Under the pieces are notes generated by a model. That model did no database searches, had not been told where the DNA came from, and worked only from the letters and a program-made list of their open reading frames with translations. A stretch of 63,998 nucleotides of DNA, filler included, from Stramenopiles sp. TOSAG23-2 (Eukaryota), in assembly GCA_900128395.1 (NCBI GenBank). It is 3 parts of 3 records of this genome, joined end to end, with 100 filler letters (N's around TTAATTAATTAA, not from the genome) between each part and the next. Parts side by side here need not be neighbours in the genome. Positions count along the whole stretch, not along the records: positions 45,648 to 63,998 come from LT649607.1; 2 more parts are not named here. One strand, 5' to 3'. The position numbers were made by a program, and so were the translations under genes. This document shows, piece after piece, positions 61,201 to 63,998 of the stretch (its first letter is position 1; each line of letters begins with the position of its first letter).

Positions 61201-63081
61201 TGCATCCGTGGATTTTTTTGCAATATTTGAAATCAATGTTAACGTCAATGCAAGTGCAAATAATGGAACAAATGCAGATCCAAGAAAAATTCCAGTAAGC
61301 AACGGGGAGTTTACCAATAAATAAACTAAAATTATAAGAAATTGAAAAAAACCACGTAATGCTTGTGCTAATTGCGTAGTCATGCCGGTACGTATCAATG
61401 CCGTGTTTGAACTTAACATGGTAGTCAATTCTCCACTTTTATTTTCATCATAAAAACTCATATCCTGTTCCATCATAGCCATAAATACAAAACGCTGGAT
61501 TCGGGTAACCAAACGCACTCCAGCAGCTTCAACGAAACATAATTGCATCGCATTTCCGCAGTATAACGCAACGCATGAAAGAATCTGTAAGTGTACAGCA
61601 TTTGTGACCCCTGGTTTATCAAAATGTATACTAGATTTAATCAATTCACCAAAACTAACTTGCCATCCAATATTTGATAACGTAGCAAGTAAACCACCAA
61701 TGCAACCTATGAGTAAATATGCATAATCTACCATACCTAATATAACTAAGCGCATGAATGGTTTTGTGTCACCCTTTTTCCTTGTACTTTCAAGTTTTAA
61801 CAAGGCACTTGTTTCTGCATCCATTAAATAATATGGGGATGAACGATGCCGTAATGTAACACAAGCTATGAAAAATATTTCAAAGATTACAAGCAACAAC
61901 ATAATGTACATATAAATCGCTAAAGCATGCGTTGGCAAACTTAATCTCCCAACAAAATATGGCACGATGAAATTGTAAATATGAAATATACTGGAAAAAC
62001 AAAGTAATGAAGCTACAACACGTGGTTCCCACGCTACATGTTTTCTTCCAAAAATATTTCTAATGAAAAAATATGTTGTAAAAACCCATAAAAATGGAAC
62101 CACTGAATTAGATGCAAGTACAATCGCATTATTGTTTTCATTTTCATTTATAAATTTTGATGTAAACGATGCATCGCTTTCAGCATCATTTGAATCCGTA
62201 TTGTGTTTAATATCAGTTTTACTTAATTGAACTACTAACATGATGGAAATGATGCATAATAACAAACTATTCAATACTAATAAACGTGGTACTAACCATC
62301 CTTCTTTCTTTTTCATTTCCAGCTCTAACACTTCACGAATAGATTTTGCATAACTCCGACTACCGCGAAGCAATGGGCCGGCAGCTTTCCCTGAGCTGAA
62401 AATACGATTGCTGTTGTTCTTACTATTACTTTCTTCGGCTTTTGATGTTGGGCTATCATTTTGTTTCACTTCAACGTTACCGTTGTTATCGATATTATTT
62501 TGAAATATAATATTGTCATCTAAAACATGAACCTTTTTTTCAATATCTTCCTCCAAAGTCCCATTTTTAGTTGAGTTAGCGGATGCAAAATCATACATTC
62601 CTACATTATACACATTTGATTTATTTTTATTCTCCTTTTCCTTTCTGTCGTCGGGTTGTGCATTACTGCTATTATTCTCATTTTGTTTCACTTGCTGCGG
62701 ATCTTCATATGGATTATAGTCATTATCTAATAAAGGTGAATAACCATTATTATTCTCGCTAGTCCCGTTTTCTATATCAAGTGATATAGATTTTCTTCTC
62801 CGAGAACTTCGAAATGATAAGCGGCAAGTAACTACAAATTTATACAATAATATAATGAAAGCAACCAAGGAAAACGTGGCCAAAATGATTGAATTAAAAC
62901 ATGGTGTAAAAGAAGCGCTGCCATATTTACCTGATAATACAGGGCCTATTCCTTGTCCTTCACCACAAATTATACATTCAAAACTATTGGAGTCAATATT
63001 ACATATTATCGGGTTAATTGGTGGTAACGTTGGTGGTGTTATTGGTGGATATGTGACTGTTGCTCCTATATTATGATCCAT
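58231..63081 (-). CDS. ABCB half-transporter (TAP/ABCB9/ABCB10-like) in one frame with a VPS9-domain protein (alternative VPS9 start ATG 59913)
   Basis: GGSGSGKST Walker A, LSGGQKQR signature, LLLDEATSALD, AHRLST; then VPS9 motifs GAEDLAPVIDFVI and SGRYAYALTTF. Confidence 0.85.
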   Translation of the reverse strand: MDHNIGATVTYPPITPPTLPPINPIICNIDSNSFECIICGEGQGIGPVLSGKYGSASFTPCFNSIILATFSLVAFIILLYKFVVTCRLSFRSSRRRKSISLDIENGTSENNNGYSPLLDNDYNPYEDPQQVKQNENNSSNAQPDDRKEKENKNKSNVYNVGMYDFASANSTKNGTLEEDIEKKVHVLDDNIIFQNNIDNNGNVEVKQNDSPTSKAEESNSKNNSNRIFSSGKAAGPLLRGSRSYAKSIREVLELEMKKKEGWLVPRLLVLNSLLLCIISIMLVVQLSKTDIKHNTDSNDAESDASFTSKFINENENNNAIVLASNSVVPFLWVFTTYFFIRNIFGRKHVAWEPRVVASLLCFSSIFHIYNFIVPYFVGRLSLPTHALAIYMYIMLLLVIFEIFFIACVTLRHRSSPYYLMDAETSALLKLESTRKKGDTKPFMRLVILGMVDYAYLLIGCIGGLLATLSNIGWQVSFGELIKSSIHFDKPGVTNAVHLQILSCVALYCGNAMQLCFVEAAGVRLVTRIQRFVFMAMMEQDMSFYDENKSGELTTMLSSNTALIRTGMTTQLAQALRGFFQFLIILVYLLVNSPLLTGIFLGSAFVPLFALALTLTLISNIAKKSTDAQNVQGGLAQEFLAGIRTIVSFAMQEGTKERYNAAAWISNRLGVHLVIVQGLAFSFVIGGFYGALTVALWHGGNDIVNTSSPTAIANKAAEIIVFVNMAIAMVMGLGWIMSGLPEMAKAMGASEKIFEILDRQSLINYSGGKILSKVDGKIDIDRIKFSYPTRVDKVVLNDFTMSVKQGETIALVGGSGSGKSTVLSLIERFYDPQNGAILLDGVDLRILDPMWLRSQIGFVMQEPTLFAGTIADNIKFGCALKHQTVSYNDMVVAAKKANCHDFISKLPEKYDTKVGEQGTSLSGGQKQRIAIARAILKDPKILLLDEATSALDAESEYLVQEALNILMKGRTTLIVAHRLSTIRNANTIHVFDNGKIAESGSHTALLRLNGIYANLISKQSGPNHCTIQIKIAFKSINITTKETRVKIRRIENPHHRTMSSFTVPDDINLDDLLDEDDLYDDDDNDNFLNIYSSTNNFDEDSAKKQTTITINVANAIPIAKTIPIAMNIVQNNSNDKNKQQEYNNLKQKFTPPNNSNYVNMTSEQRLKFIRNYNETIEINKKNMKFEKQQAGKIADEIRKNRALKEQREKASLDENVENKSTDNMSYLQLFTSTLQRIKSRAQETVLYSSITGTMSDEIDVPLHELWSEVFQQLNEEYKEYDVKARQNDDYFVNCILKKVLDKVNRKNEDSNESNDWDEFRNGILKIIKSSPRHSLSKTLRVFSHTLCLLHGPLFDLETEVNEMLQNNSHIFSNFVKKKDLINDIKCFVEMLVITIARKYNIERSSTVDLLLYVASQSAIFDMLGERIDGVMFLKEIRGSLDNNNNNKMKSSTEKNTRKTNTELFDDLHVKDIFRNYKVNLANRTSRGANNNTTVSTTVVIESTRVLEPYAVAINQLKCILTMSNYPLGRLKILYNVLELVTKEMSEVASSHGKKISVGAEDLAPVIDFVIIKSEMSHILNPILKSLEDLIPNSFWSGRYAYALTTFSISVGSMNQGC

Positions 63082-63197
63082 TTTGGTTGAAGAATATTAT
63101 TGATCTATTTATTACTAAGACTTATGACCGTTTATAATGAATGGATGAAAAGATTGAGTATAAGAATGATACATCTACATTTATATTTACATTGTAA

Positions 63198-63493
63198 TAT
63201 TTTAATAATCTAGCTAAAAGAAGTGATGATGAATATATATATATATTTTTTCCATTGTTATTAGTGTTGAATAATTTTGAAGTTATCCCCATGTTGTGCC
63301 CATCATCACATCAAGTGTAAAACTTTAGTGTATTGTGGTTTGGTTTATTTTAATAATCTAGCTAAAAGAAGTGATGATGAATATATATATATATTTCCAT
63401 TGTTATTAGTGTTGAATAATTTGTTAGTTATCCCCATGTTGTGCCCATCATCACATCAAGTGTAAAACTTTAGTGTATTTATATTGTGGTTTG
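63198..63493. repeat. Imperfect tandem duplication (~148-bp period)
   Basis: tattttaataatctagctaaaagaagtgatg... at 63198 and 63346 with small indels. Confidence 0.88.
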
Positions 63494-63895
63494 CCTGACG
63501 TTTGCAGCTAAATGCCTGCTACGTATTACAACATTCGCCTGCCAGGCAAGGACCCCTGCCCTGAAATATCATAAGTAATTACTTTTAGTTTATAAAATTT
63601 AAGGGTCTCATAGTAGATTGTCGATATGCTTAGAACATGGTAAAATCGATAGCATTAAATAGCATTATACGTTTTAAATATATAACTAAGAAGTATATTT
63701 ACCTATGAAATAATTGAAAATTTAACTTGGTCAAAATTCCTGTTGAATAGTTTTGGAATCCATTTGGAAAGTGATTTTATGAATTTCTGTGTGATTTTGG
63801 ATGAAGAAATGGATGATTTTGATGGAAATGAAATAGATTTATCGATTTGTTAATGTGATAGGTACAATTAGTCTATGAATTTATGTAAAGCCTAG

Positions 63896-63998
63896 AAAAG
63901 CGGACAGTTAGTCTCTGCTGTGTCTATATACAAAAGCGGACATTTAGTCCCTGCTGTGTCTATGGACAAAAGCGGACAAATAACCCCTGGTGTGTACG
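63896..63998. repeat. 36-bp tandem repeat x3 (AAAAGCGGACA..TAGTC.CTGCTGTGTCTAT..AC)
   Basis: Units start at 63896, 63932 and 63968. Confidence 0.85.

Overview
AT-rich, intron-poor eukaryotic DNA, most consistent with a heterotrophic marine protist (stramenopile-like; inference). The window is three contigs joined by artificial 100-nt N spacers containing TTAATTAATTAA (22727-22826, 45548-45647). Exact inverted copies (45493-45547 of 43169-43223; 48233-48449 of 58862-59078) suggest whole-genome-amplification chimeras. Contig 1 holds ordinary host genes: SLC35A transporter, GH2 beta-galactosidase, Dispatched/Patched-like protein, Nudix, BTB-BACK, IQ membrane protein, oligopeptidase B, LMBR1 and a FAD monooxygenase. 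Contig 2 is the accessory region: a CACTA-type non-autonomous element, two MITE families, a Tudor-like protein with a restriction-system-like PUA-type domain, a GH2 beta-mannosidase, and a 3-exon ~2280-aa surface receptor. From ~37.3 kb it has a virus-like block: eight 26-bp palindromes, a degenerate nuclease-like ORF, a membrane LRR receptor whose near-identical 69-bp cassettes vary mainly at surface positions, a Zn-ribbon ORF and a >1000-aa protein resembling Polinton-like-virus structural proteins. Contig 3 holds NPRL2, a VPS13-like gene, and one ORF joining an ABCB half-transporter to a VPS9 domain.
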